DNA of 51,586 nt from a virus. Lineage: Duplodnaviria; Caudoviricetes. Shown here one piece after another: positions 1 through 8,025 of this stretch; position 1 is the stretch's first letter, and every line of letters begins with the position of its first letter. The stretch lies in IMG/VR virus record IMGVR_UViG_3300032242_001840, positions 1-51,586 of that record. One strand, written 5' to 3'. The notes beneath the pieces are model-generated. The model had not been told where the DNA came from. It did no database searches and saw nothing but the letters and a program-made list of their open reading frames with translations. Made by a program: the position numbers and the translations under genes.

Positions 1-159
1 AGCGGCAGGGCTGGCAGCAGCGGCAGGGGCTGGCAGCAGCGGCAGGGGCTGGCGACGAGCGGCAGGGCTGGCAGCAGCGGCAGGGGCTGGCAGCAGCGGC
101 AGGGGCTGGCGACGAGCGGCAGGGCTGGCGGCAGCGGCAGGGGCTGGCAGCAGCGGCAG
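1..159 (+). repeat. Tandem repeat CGGCAGGG(G)CTGGC(AGC/GACG)AG with 57-bp higher-order period
   Basis: Units of 18, 19 and 20 bp at 3, 21, 40, 60, 78, 97, 117, 135; runs off the window start. Confidence 0.95.
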
Positions 160-162
160 AAT

Positions 163-724
163 ACCCCCGAACGTGGAAACGCGCAGTATGCAACGCAGCA
201 CACAACACAATACCCCCGAACGTGGAAACGCTGGGGGACTCCGGCCGGGTCTGGCAGCCGCTGCCGATACCCCCGAACGTGGAAACCGCGGCAGCACCCC
301 CGAACGTGGAAACGCTGGGGGACTCCGGCCGGGTCTGGCAGCCCCCGAACGTGGAAACGGTTATCGCCCGCGGCGGTTGCCCGCGTTCTCTATTGAGGCT
401 GCCACGATTTTTGCGACTGCCGCGGAATCGTACTGGTCAAGAATCCAGCCCCAATCGTCTCCCGGTTTCAGACCCTGCCCCATGGCATGCCGCCAGATGA
501 CCCCTGCGATATCCTCCGCGGCGGCTGCCGCTGCCGCGGGCGGCTGGCCTACCGTATGGGGCGCGGCCTGGGAGCATGCCCAGTCGAATAGCTCCGGCAA
601 ACTGCTGATGATGTGTTGCATGCCCGCATTCTACCCGGCCCGACAATCGAGCGCCACCCCCGAACGTGGAAACCGACAAATTCTCACAAAACCAAATGTC
701 CACCAGACCCCCGAACGTGGAAAC
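163..724 (+). repeat. Cluster of seven direct repeats (A)CCCCCGAACGTGGAAAC
   Basis: Copies at 163, 212, 269, 296, 341, 656, 707 with irregular spacing. Confidence 0.95.
361..621 (-). CDS. Hypothetical protein
   Basis: 86-aa ORF with protein-like composition filling the gap between repeat clusters. Confidence 0.55.
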   Translation of the reverse strand: MQHIISSLPELFDWACSQAAPHTVGQPPAAAAAAAEDIAGVIWRHAMGQGLKPGDDWGWILDQYDSAAVAKIVAASIENAGNRRGR

Positions 725-765
725 CAGCGAGGAAACAGCCCAAAAATATTTTTCCAGTTAAGGTA

Positions 766-793
766 TTGACCCGCTCTAAGACGATGCTAGGAT
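766..793 (+). promoter_or_regulatory. Sigma70-type early promoter
   Basis: TTGACC-16 bp-TAGGAT with extended -10 TG and upstream A/T tract (AAAAATATTTTT). Confidence 0.7.
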
Positions 794-835
794 ATGTGTG
801 TGCGACAGAGACACCCCGAACGAGGAAACGAGAGA

Positions 836-1018
836 ATGACCCCGACCGTCACCTACCGCATGATCAAAATCCAAGACCCCCGCAGCCCTGGCTTTTTCTG
901 GTACGAGATCGAATCCCGCACCCCCGCCGGCGAAACTCACACGGTTGCCGTGTGCGACACTCGCGAGGAAGCAAAGGAGACGATTGCCGCCATGCGGGCG
1001 GCTGTTCAATGCTCTTGA
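836..1018 (+). CDS. Early hypothetical protein
   Basis: ATG 6 nt after motif GAGGAAAC; MTPTVTYRMIK. Confidence 0.75.
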   Translation: MTPTVTYRMIKIQDPRSPGFFWYEIESRTPAGETHTVAVCDTREEAKETIAAMRAAVQCS

Positions 1019-1101
1019 TTGGCTACCCACCAAGAAATCAGAACCCGGCGCGTTGCCGGCGGCCGGATGGATCGACAGACCCCTTCTTAGGAACCCAAAC
1101 A

Positions 1102-1305
1102 ATGCCCCGCCTGGAACGAGAGCTGCTTGAAGAATGCCGCACCATTGCTGCCCACTCCGGCGCGGCGCTGGTCGATGTGCTGCGCGACTGCCACCGATTT
1201 TGGATTACCGCCGGTCGGTCGATACAGCCGCGGGGGTGGGTGGCCCGCGCCAACGCTGCCAAACGGCTCCTCGCTCGTCACAGTGAGCAGCAGCAGGCAG
1301 TCTAG
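1102..1305 (+). CDS. Early hypothetical protein
   Basis: ATG after AGGA; MPRLERELL. Confidence 0.6.
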   Translation: MPRLERELLEECRTIAAHSGAALVDVLRDCHRFWITAGRSIQPRGWVARANAAKRLLARHSEQQQAV

Positions 1306-1387
1306 TCAACCGACCGACAATATGCCTGGGGCGCGTTGCCCCGGCCGCCAGTGGATCGATAGACCCCCCGCAGAAGGAAACGAGAAA

Positions 1388-1588
1388 ATGACCACCTATA
1401 AAATCGTGCGTATGTATCTGCGTGACGACCAGCGCTCCCGCACACTCCGGCGCGGCCTGACGCTGGAGGCAGCGCAGGCACACTGCCGCACCCCCGAGGC
1501 ATCGAGCAGCAGGGCGACAAGTGCCGCCGCTCGTCGCCGCACCGCGGCCCGCGGGCCTTGGTTCGATGGATATGACGTTGACCGTTGA
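1388..1588 (+). CDS. Conserved phage hypothetical protein
   Basis: GLTLEAAQAHC...GPWFDGY pattern recalled from phage early proteins; motif-associated start. Confidence 0.8.
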   Translation: MTTYKIVRMYLRDDQRSRTLRRGLTLEAAQAHCRTPEASSSRATSAAARRRTAARGPWFDGYDVDR

Positions 1589-1694
1589 CCCCCCGCTCCC
1601 CCGGCCCCGGCAACCGCCGGCAGCCGGGACTGCGGGCGGCCACCGTGGCCCCCCGACCGTGAGAACCCTAAACCCCCGTAGAAGGAAACGACAA

Positions 1695-2141
1695 ATGAGC
1701 GCTATAGCCGATGCGATGGTTGAAGTGATCGAGGCCGGAGTTGTGCCGGTTTTTTGCCCCGATTATTGCCCCGACCTAGAGCAAGATGGAGAGCATGGGT
1801 TGGTGTGGGTGACGATCACCACCCGCTTTGGAGAACCGCTGCGGCTTTCCGGCCTGCTGCCGGAGGACGCGGACGACTACCTCGAATCCTGCGGCACAGA
1901 CAACGAGGTTGGGCAGTCGATGCAGATGATTCTGGATTGCGACCACATGCGCAGTTGCATGGGTGCTGACGGGCAGGACACCCCGAACGATTACGAATGC
2001 ACCCACTGCGGAAAAACCTGGAACGCCTACAACACGACCAACAACCGCTCCGGCCGCCGCAGCCCCTGCCCGTCATGCCGGGAGATGTGCCGGCCGACTG
2101 CCGCCAGCCAACAGGCATACCGGGAGAGCATGTACAGCTAG
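1695..2141 (+). CDS. Early protein with C-terminal Zn-ribbon
   Basis: CTHC and CPSC pairs; motif-associated start. Confidence 0.7.
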   Translation: MSAIADAMVEVIEAGVVPVFCPDYCPDLEQDGEHGLVWVTITTRFGEPLRLSGLLPEDADDYLESCGTDNEVGQSMQMILDCDHMRSCMGADGQDTPNDYECTHCGKTWNAYNTTNNRSGRRSPCPSCREMCRPTAASQQAYRESMYS

Positions 2142-2221
2142 ACCCCCTCGGCGCGTTGCCGGCGGGACGATTTTGGACGACACTGCACATGACCCCCGAA
2201 CGGGGGAACCTTAAGGGAGAG

Positions 2222-2515
2222 ATGATCATGGAACTGATTTTGACGGAATGCGGAAGCGGCTTCCCGCGCGTCGGTGAGTTGGTCGGGCGCTGGCACGACG
2301 GGGAGGCCCGCGTGTGGCTGATCACGTCGGGCGGACGGATCACCACCGGGCAGGCTGGCAGCGGCCAGCCGAACACCTGCGAGGCCGAGGGCGAGGAATT
2401 GAGTCAGCAGCAAATTGAGGCAGCAGCAGCCCGCGGGCAGATCGATCTGGACGATCCGCAGGGATTCCTGGGGCTGCGATCAGTGTCGGTCAAACCAGCA
2501 GGCGACGACGCCTGA
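2222..2515 (+). CDS. Early hypothetical protein
   Basis: AAGGGAGA RBS; MIMELILTEC. Confidence 0.7.
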   Translation: MIMELILTECGSGFPRVGELVGRWHDGEARVWLITSGGRITTGQAGSGQPNTCEAEGEELSQQQIEAAAARGQIDLDDPQGFLGLRSVSVKPAGDDA

Positions 2516-2612
2516 CGACCCCCCGCTCCCCCCGGCCGGCGAAACGCTGGTCGGGGACTGCGGGCGGCCGACCGGCAGCCTGGAACGATTACCCCCGAAC
2601 GAGGAAACGAGC

Positions 2613-2993
2613 ATGAACACGACCATAGAACCGAATGCCCGATCTGCTGGTGAACTGCGGCGCGACCTGGGCGAGGCTCTCGCGCTGCTGCGTGAGATTG
2701 TCGACATGGAACGGGTGATGATGGACAAAAACGACAACGCTTCTCAGGAGGAGTTTCAGAAGGCCGCCGATGCGTTCTACGCAAAAATCGACACCGCGGC
2801 AGAGTTCATTGACCTCGTTGCCGAACCGATCACGCTCAATGTCACCGGCGGCAAACTGACTCTGATCGATTTTGACCTGCGCTACTGCTGGTTTCTGGAT
2901 GACACCGACACCGGCGTGTCGGGCCTGACAGTCGATGAGGCTCGAACGGCAGCCTACGCCGCGTGGCCGGAGGCGCACGACCTCAACCTGTAA
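2613..2993 (+). CDS. Early hypothetical protein
   Basis: Motif-associated start; acidic protein. Confidence 0.75.
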   Translation: MNTTIEPNARSAGELRRDLGEALALLREIVDMERVMMDKNDNASQEEFQKAADAFYAKIDTAAEFIDLVAEPITLNVTGGKLTLIDFDLRYCWFLDDTDTGVSGLTVDEARTAAYAAWPEAHDLNL

Positions 2994-3095
2994 CGCGACC
3001 CGACCGCACCCCCCGACCGTGGCAACACGCGGGGGAGACGGTCGGGCCGTGTGGCCCGACGATGGACGATTACCCCCGTAGAAGGAAACGAGAAC

Positions 3096-3647
3096 ATGAC
3101 CGCAATCAGCATTTCGATCTGCCCCACCGACCTGGAATTCCGCAACGGCGATATGTACGACCAGCAGTCGCTGCTGGAGGCTATTCGGGATTTTGCGACC
3201 GCTCACCACCCCGACGCCACGATCACCTGCCTTCAGATCGGCCATCGGCAGGGCGATTCTTGGGCGACGGTCGATGGGGACGACGAGGCCGGGCAGGCGC
3301 TGATGGAGGATTTCTGGGCGGCCCGCGGGAGCGATGCCGATCTGTTTTCCGCCACGCCCACAGTGTCGCTTGGGGATTACGCCAACGCCCGCGGCTGCGT
3401 TGTGGTGTTCGTGGCTGGTGTCGGCTGCCCGGCCGGCGAGTATTTTGCCGCTGGCGATCCCAGCGACAGCGTTGACAGTCTGCTTGAAAACCTCGCGATC
3501 CAAGGTGGCACTGTCGATTCCAGCGGCGACTGGCACTGGGACGGCAGCGGCAATCCGACCGATTACCGCGGCAACACGATTTACAAAATCCACGCCTATA
3601 TCGACGCCAAGAAATGGGCCAGCCTCACTGAAGACTCGGCAGTTTGA
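3096..3647 (+). CDS. Early hypothetical acidic protein
   Basis: Motif-associated start; MTAISISIC. Confidence 0.75.
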   Translation: MTAISISICPTDLEFRNGDMYDQQSLLEAIRDFATAHHPDATITCLQIGHRQGDSWATVDGDDEAGQALMEDFWAARGSDADLFSATPTVSLGDYANARGCVVVFVAGVGCPAGEYFAAGDPSDSVDSLLENLAIQGGTVDSSGDWHWDGSGNPTDYRGNTIYKIHAYIDAKKWASLTEDSAV

Positions 3648-3723
3648 CCTGACCCCCGAACGACGAAACGGATTCACTTCACACCCTGCCGCCCCCGAGC
3701 GGCGAAACGAGAGGAGCCTGACC

Positions 3724-4437
3724 ATGGAACAGCAGACGAAAACAGACTGGGAACAGGTGGGGCGCAGCCTCGGCCCACACGTCGGCCGATTGACCCTGCG
3801 AACCACGCTTGAAGCGGCTGGCCTGGTGGTCAACACCCCCGACTACCAGCGGGTGCTGGCGGCCATTCAGCGGGGGCAGAATGCGAAGCGGCGTGAGCTT
3901 GAGGCGGCGCAGGCAGCCCGCGAGGAGGCCCGCCTGGCACCCTATCGCGAGGAGGCGCGTGCCAATGTCCTCGCATGGGGATGCTGGGAGGAGGACGGCC
4001 CAGAGGGCAACCTAGAGGCGTTCCTGGAGGATTGCCGGGAGGAGGCTAGCCGCATGGCCGACGAGGCCGAGCAGGTTGCCGCAGAGGCAGAGGAGACTGC
4101 CCAGCGGGAGGCTGCCGAACTGCTGCACTACCAGCGGTCGGTGGCCGCCATCAACGCCGCTTGCGGGGCGGCCGCCGCGGCATGCCTGGAGGCAGGCTGG
4201 CGGCTGGAGCCTCGGCGGGGCGGCAGTGAATTGTCCTGCTATTTCCACGCCTGCCGACTGGACGAAAACGGCGACGAAGACCTGGTGCTGACGGTGCGAA
4301 TAAGCGATCACTACGCACCCAATGGCAGCGGCTGGAACGAGTCTGCGCAGACGCAGCACGACCGGCCCGACGTAAACATCGTGATGAGCAGCAGCTATTC
4401 GTTCACCTTGGAGCGACTGCTGGAGCGACTTGACTGA
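3724..4437 (+). CDS. Early hypothetical protein (coiled coil, RISDH motif)
   Basis: GAGGAG RBS; MEQQTKTDW. Confidence 0.75.
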   Translation: MEQQTKTDWEQVGRSLGPHVGRLTLRTTLEAAGLVVNTPDYQRVLAAIQRGQNAKRRELEAAQAAREEARLAPYREEARANVLAWGCWEEDGPEGNLEAFLEDCREEASRMADEAEQVAAEAEETAQREAAELLHYQRSVAAINAACGAAAAACLEAGWRLEPRRGGSELSCYFHACRLDENGDEDLVLTVRISDHYAPNGSGWNESAQTQHDRPDVNIVMSSSYSFTLERLLERLD

Positions 4438-4491
4438 CCCCCGACCGTGGAAACGAGCGATCCCCTAACCCCCGAACGAGGAAACGCGACG

Positions 4492-4707
4492 ATGGCAATT
4501 CAAATTCTGCTTGGTGATCGTGAAGGCGCAGCGATTGGAGTCTATGTCGATTCCTGCTGCGGACGATGCGGCTACGGGTCAGACCGCGGAGACGAATCTC
4601 CGGTGGCCCTGGCTTCAGCGAAGGATGTTCTCAATGGCGAGGTGCTTTGCCTGCGGTGCTTTGCTGAGGAGATCGGCGACAGGCTGAGTGCAACCCACAA
4701 ACTCTGA
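4492..4707 (+). CDS. Early small Cys-containing protein
   Basis: CGRC and CLRC; motif-associated start. Confidence 0.7.
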   Translation: MAIQILLGDREGAAIGVYVDSCCGRCGYGSDRGDESPVALASAKDVLNGEVLCLRCFAEEIGDRLSATHKL

Positions 4708-4715
4708 CTCAAGCC

Positions 4716-4744
4716 TTGACACATAAACTGTCGATCCGTAGCCT
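4716..4744 (+). promoter_or_regulatory. Sigma70-type promoter overlapped by GTAGCCTAC
   Basis: TTGACA-17 bp-TAGCCT. Confidence 0.8.
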
Positions 4745-4807
4745 ACACGCCTGGGGGTCATGCCGCCGACCCCGAGCGTAGAAACCCCGTGCGGCGAAAC
4801 GAGAACG

Positions 4808-5035
4808 ATGATGGCAAAGAAAAAGGCGGCTCCAGCCAAATTTGGCTATTACTACGAAACGACTCCCTACGGAGTCGAGCAGAAGGGAAAGAAGTTTGCT
4901 GTAGTGCAGTCATGGTGGGGCAAGACGATTTCCATTCACGGCACAAAGGAACTGGCCGAAGAGGCTTGCGTGGAGGAGGCGAGAACGCGCGGATGCCTCC
5001 AGCGAATCAGATACAAAATCACACCCCGAACGTAG
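4808..5035 (+). CDS. Early hypothetical protein
   Basis: Start follows two tandem motif copies. Confidence 0.7.
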   Translation: MMAKKKAAPAKFGYYYETTPYGVEQKGKKFAVVQSWWGKTISIHGTKELAEEACVEEARTRGCLQRIRYKITPRT

Positions 5036-5051
5036 AAACGAGAGATCCGAA

Positions 5052-5243
5052 GTGAACTTGAACATTCGACTGACAGCCATGGAAGCCGAGGCTCTTCGGC
5101 GAGCGTTGGCAGGGTTGGTGGCAGATGAGCGTCAGCGTTTTTGGGGAAGGACTCGAGCCAGCAGGATCGAGCTTGCCGCCGTGAGCCTCTACGAAAAAAT
5201 CTTTGATCGACACCCGTCCGACTCCAAGGAACCCCGACCATGA
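5052..5243 (+). CDS. Early hypothetical protein
   Basis: GTG start after motif copy. Confidence 0.6.
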   Translation: MNLNIRLTAMEAEALRRALAGLVADERQRFWGRTRASRIELAAVSLYEKIFDRHPSDSKEPRP

Positions 5244-5416
5244 CAAACCGAATTTCCATGTATGAGGCTGGCTGGTTGACGTTTTTGGTCAAGGCCAATT
5301 TGACTACCGAGCAACACGCCCGCGAAGCGATGAAGCGGGCGGCAGTGTCGATTGCAGAGCGGTTGAATCATCGCAGGATCGATAGACTTCCCACCAACAG
5401 AAAGGGTCAAGAATGA
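5240..5416 (+). CDS. Small hypothetical protein
   Basis: ATGA overlaps at both ends (below ORF-track cutoff); MTNRISMYE. Confidence 0.5.
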   Translation: MTNRISMYEAGWLTFLVKANLTTEQHAREAMKRAAVSIAERLNHRRIDRLPTNRKGQE

Positions 5417-5685
5417 CCACCACCCCTGTTTTCGTCGCCTACGTCAGCAAGTCCGAACGTGGCATCCGGCCGGTCATCCGCGAGTTGCGGCGGGGCGTCA
5501 TCGTCACCGATGGCATCGAGCATGTCTTCTATCTGGATTCTCTCGGCAACGTCGCCAGCGTTTTCGTGTCGTTCGAGCAGGTGTTCACCACCCGACGCGA
5601 GGCTTGCCGGTTCCTGGCCGCCGAGGTGCGGCGGGAAATCGAATTGCTCAGGGTCGAGGCCGACCAGTTGGAGTTCGCGATATGA
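5413..5685 (+). CDS. Early hypothetical protein
   Basis: Coupled ORF, MTTTPVFVAY. Confidence 0.7.
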   Translation: MTTTPVFVAYVSKSERGIRPVIRELRRGVIVTDGIEHVFYLDSLGNVASVFVSFEQVFTTRREACRFLAAEVRREIELLRVEADQLEFAI

Positions 5686-5813
5686 AAAAAATCTGGGACG
5701 AATGGATTCGCGCCTTGGTTCTGATTCGTTTTGGGCAGGAACTCGGCCAGTCAGGACGACTAGCCGAGACGATTGCGGGCGTCTTAGACATGATCCTGAA
5801 GCTAGGGTCGTAG
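5682..5813 (+). CDS. Small hypothetical protein
   Basis: ATGA overlap; MKKIWDEW. Confidence 0.55.
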   Translation: MKKIWDEWIRALVLIRFGQELGQSGRLAETIAGVLDMILKLGS

Positions 5814-5818
5814 CGGCG

Positions 5819-5847
5819 TTGCCCGCCGCCGCTGTGACCCGTACAAT
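5819..5847 (+). promoter_or_regulatory. Sigma70-type promoter
   Basis: TTGCCC-17 bp-TACAAT. Confidence 0.65.
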
Positions 5848-5883
5848 GACAGACCTACCACCACCCCCGTATATGGGAACGAC

Positions 5884-6216
5884 ATGTTCACTGATTACCT
5901 GACGATTGACCAAGCCTCCAAAGCGGTCGGATGCACCCGCAGGACGCTGTATCGCATCATCGAGAAGTTTGCCCCTGGCGAGGTCGTCACGCCGGCATTC
6001 GGGCGGCAACTGATTCACATCTCGAAGCTGCCAGCGCTGCGCGAAAACTACTTCCCGTTTGGCAGCGAGCGCCGGTCGGCGGCGGCCAAGATTTGGGGGA
6101 AGGGAGGCGGGACGCAGAAAAAGATCAACCTGGAGGGTGCAGGGTCTTCGCGGAGTGGCACCGCAGGCAAAGCAGTTGCAGGCCCGAAAGGCCGGCGGCG
6201 GTCGCCGGCTCGTTGA
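5884..6216 (+). CDS. Excisionase-like HTH DNA-binding protein
   Basis: YLTIDQASKAVGCTRRTLYRII N-terminal HTH. Confidence 0.75.
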   Translation: MFTDYLTIDQASKAVGCTRRTLYRIIEKFAPGEVVTPAFGRQLIHISKLPALRENYFPFGSERRSAAAKIWGKGGGTQKKINLEGAGSSRSGTAGKAVAGPKGRRRSPAR

Positions 6217-6427
6217 GAGCCTTCTCCTCGATATGGTCGATCTGCGCGTCTTTCGGCCCGTTGCAGATTCGACCGCATTCCTGGCACACCCCCTCGTCCC
6301 TGGCGATCACGGCCAGCCGCAGTCGCTGCCACGCGGCAGTACAGTAGCCGCGGGCGGCGGCGGTCGGCCGGTGGCCGTCTCGCCGGCCGACGCGAGGCGG
6401 CCTATACGGCTGGGGGCGTCTGGGCAT
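6125..6427 (-). CDS. HNH endonuclease (HK97 gp74-like, packaging-associated)
   Basis: RGY...WQRLR, CQEC, IDHI, LQLLCLRCHSAKT. Confidence 0.85.
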   Translation of the reverse strand: MPRRPQPYRPPRVGRRDGHRPTAAARGYCTAAWQRLRLAVIARDEGVCQECGRICNGPKDAQIDHIEEKALNEPATAAGLSGLQLLCLRCHSAKTLHPPG

Positions 6428-6752
6428 CGCGGCACCACCCTGCGATAAGAACCTCGTTGGCGCGGCGCTTCTCGACCCAGCGCACAATCGCGTTGACGAC
6501 CAACTGCACCAAAATCGACATGATAAACGTGGCGATGATCGATCCGTACTGATCCCGTACCCGTCGATTCATTCGAGCCTTCAACACCTCGGCCCGGCGG
6601 GACGGCGGGGCGTCGGCAGGCCATTCTTCGACCGCCATCTCGACCAGACGGTCGCGCAGCCCCCCGTGCATGGAAACGCGAGCGGGGGACGATTCGGCCA
6701 CGAAGTTCTTCAGCGTTTGATAACGACTGGCGGGCATGTCCCGGTCGGGCAT
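6402..6752 (-). CDS. Membrane-anchored hypothetical protein
   Basis: Hydrophobic GSIIATFIMSILVQLVVNAIV segment. Confidence 0.7.
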   Translation of the reverse strand: MPDRDMPASRYQTLKNFVAESSPARVSMHGGLRDRLVEMAVEEWPADAPPSRRAEVLKARMNRRVRDQYGSIIATFIMSILVQLVVNAIVRWVEKRRANEVLIAGWCRDAQTPPAV

Positions 6753-7021
6753 GGTACGGCTCCCTTCTTTTTGCATCCGCAGGACTCTGGGCAGCGGCAG
6801 TTCACTAGAGCGATGCCGTCCCCAGATTTCTCCTTCCCCGTACCGTTGCACTTGCAGCCCTCCACGCAGCCCTTTTCGGGCGTCACGGGCTTGGGCGGCG
6901 CACCGGCCGTCAGCAGGGCGTAATGGCCGGAAACGGCCACCCACGGGGCCAGATCGAGGTGCTGGGCCGCCGGCGTACACCCGAGCGACGAAACGACAGC
7001 GAGAGCGACGATCCAGCGCAT
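6710..7021 (-). CDS. Cys-rich putative lipoprotein
   Basis: Signal peptide ending SLGC; CKCNGTG and further Cys motifs. Confidence 0.7.
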   Translation of the reverse strand: MRWIVALAVVSSLGCTPAAQHLDLAPWVAVSGHYALLTAGAPPKPVTPEKGCVEGCKCNGTGKEKSGDGIALVNCRCPESCGCKKKGAVPCPTGTCPPVVIKR

Positions 7022-8025
7022 CAGATATGCCCCCTGGCACCGTAGGTGTGCAGCTTCGGCCGGGGCCAGCCGGCAATGCTCGAGAATGCGATCAGTCGGC
7101 AGCGGTCGATCGTGGAGGCCAGCGCCCAGTAGGCTCCCTCTGGGATCAGCAGATCGGTGCCGCGCACTTTTCGCGGGCCGGAGTTCCACTTGCTACCCCA
7201 GTTGTTGAGCCACAATACAAGCGCTTGACCATACTTGGAAACAGTCTCAGGACGGTCGTCGTAACCGACGAGCGATTGCGAGTGCTGCCATGTGCCAACC
7301 TGCCTGCTGTAGCCATCCTCGTTTCTGGTGTCCTCAAAGCCGAGCGCCGAGCATGTATTAACACCATACCCCGCGGCCAGAAAGTCACGCACCTGCTCGC
7401 GGCCGTTCAACACCGTGGCGGTGCGGGCCTTGTGCAGGAAAGCCTCGGCGGCAATGAATGAGTTGGGTTGCTTTGACCCGTACAGCCGCAGGTTACTGTC
7501 GCTGTACTTTGTCAGGTCGATCTTCAAGTCGGGGTATGGCTTGCGAACAAGGAAACCCTTGGTTGTTGCCACCTGCGCGGCGTCGGCACAGCTCCAGCCG
7601 TCCCCGTCATATCCACGCCACCACCATAGCGACTCACATGAGATCGGCACGTTTTCGATTGCGGCGGGGGACAGTTCAGGAATGCCTTCGGGGCGGCCCG
7701 TCTCTTCGTCGGGTAGACCGTTGACCACCTCGCAGCACATCGACAGCAGTACGGAATTCGCCGTGCCATGCGCTACGCAGTCGCCAATAACCTGCGCCGG
7801 CCCCGGCCAGCAGCCTGGGAAGACACGCTCAACCGACAGCCACGGGGTGGACAGCTTGCCTTTGCCGGCCTCAGCCAGCCCCCATTCGTAGGCCACGCGG
7901 CCACCGTCAGGATCGCCGCCTGCCCGCATGATGGAGTCGCACAGCACCTCATGCGCTCGAGGATCGAACCGGCAGCCGACGAGGCCAGCAGAATACGCTA
8001 TCTTCGGGTCGAAACTACTCGCCAT
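7021..8025 (-). CDS. Papain-like (C1-type) cysteine peptidase
   Basis: QVIGDCVAHG (Gln/Cys), WQHSQSLVGYDD (His), NNWG (Asn). Confidence 0.8.
   Translation of the reverse strand: MASSFDPKIAYSAGLVGCRFDPRAHEVLCDSIMRAGGDPDGGRVAYEWGLAEAGKGKLSTPWLSVERVFPGCWPGPAQVIGDCVAHGTANSVLLSMCCEVVNGLPDEETGRPEGIPELSPAAIENVPISCESLWWWRGYDGDGWSCADAAQVATTKGFLVRKPYPDLKIDLTKYSDSNLRLYGSKQPNSFIAAEAFLHKARTATVLNGREQVRDFLAAGYGVNTCSALGFEDTRNEDGYSRQVGTWQHSQSLVGYDDRPETVSKYGQALVLWLNNWGSKWNSGPRKVRGTDLLIPEGAYWALASTIDRCRLIAFSSIAGWPRPKLHTYGARGHI

Noticed and set aside
163-724. CRISPR mini-array (repeat ends in GAAAC like many CRISPR repeats)
   Set aside because: Repeat only 18 bp; gaps about 31, 39, 9, 27, 297 and 33 bp; two gaps duplicate each other; no cas genes; motif continues as gene leaders. 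A repeat-mimic (Racr-like) role is not fully excluded.
173-769. 198-aa ORF with TPERGN repeats (and PPNVET frame)
   Set aside because: Translation shadow of the DNA motif, which appears in several frames and intergenically
1590-3046. Integron attC cassette array
   Set aside because: No RYYYAAC/GTTRRRY boxes; the recombinase is distant and shows no evident IntI-specific insertion
165-6677. Type I restriction-modification site as explanation of the bipartite motif
   Set aside because: Lacks the usual arrangement of methylatable adenines on opposite strands, and phages deplete rather than cluster such sites
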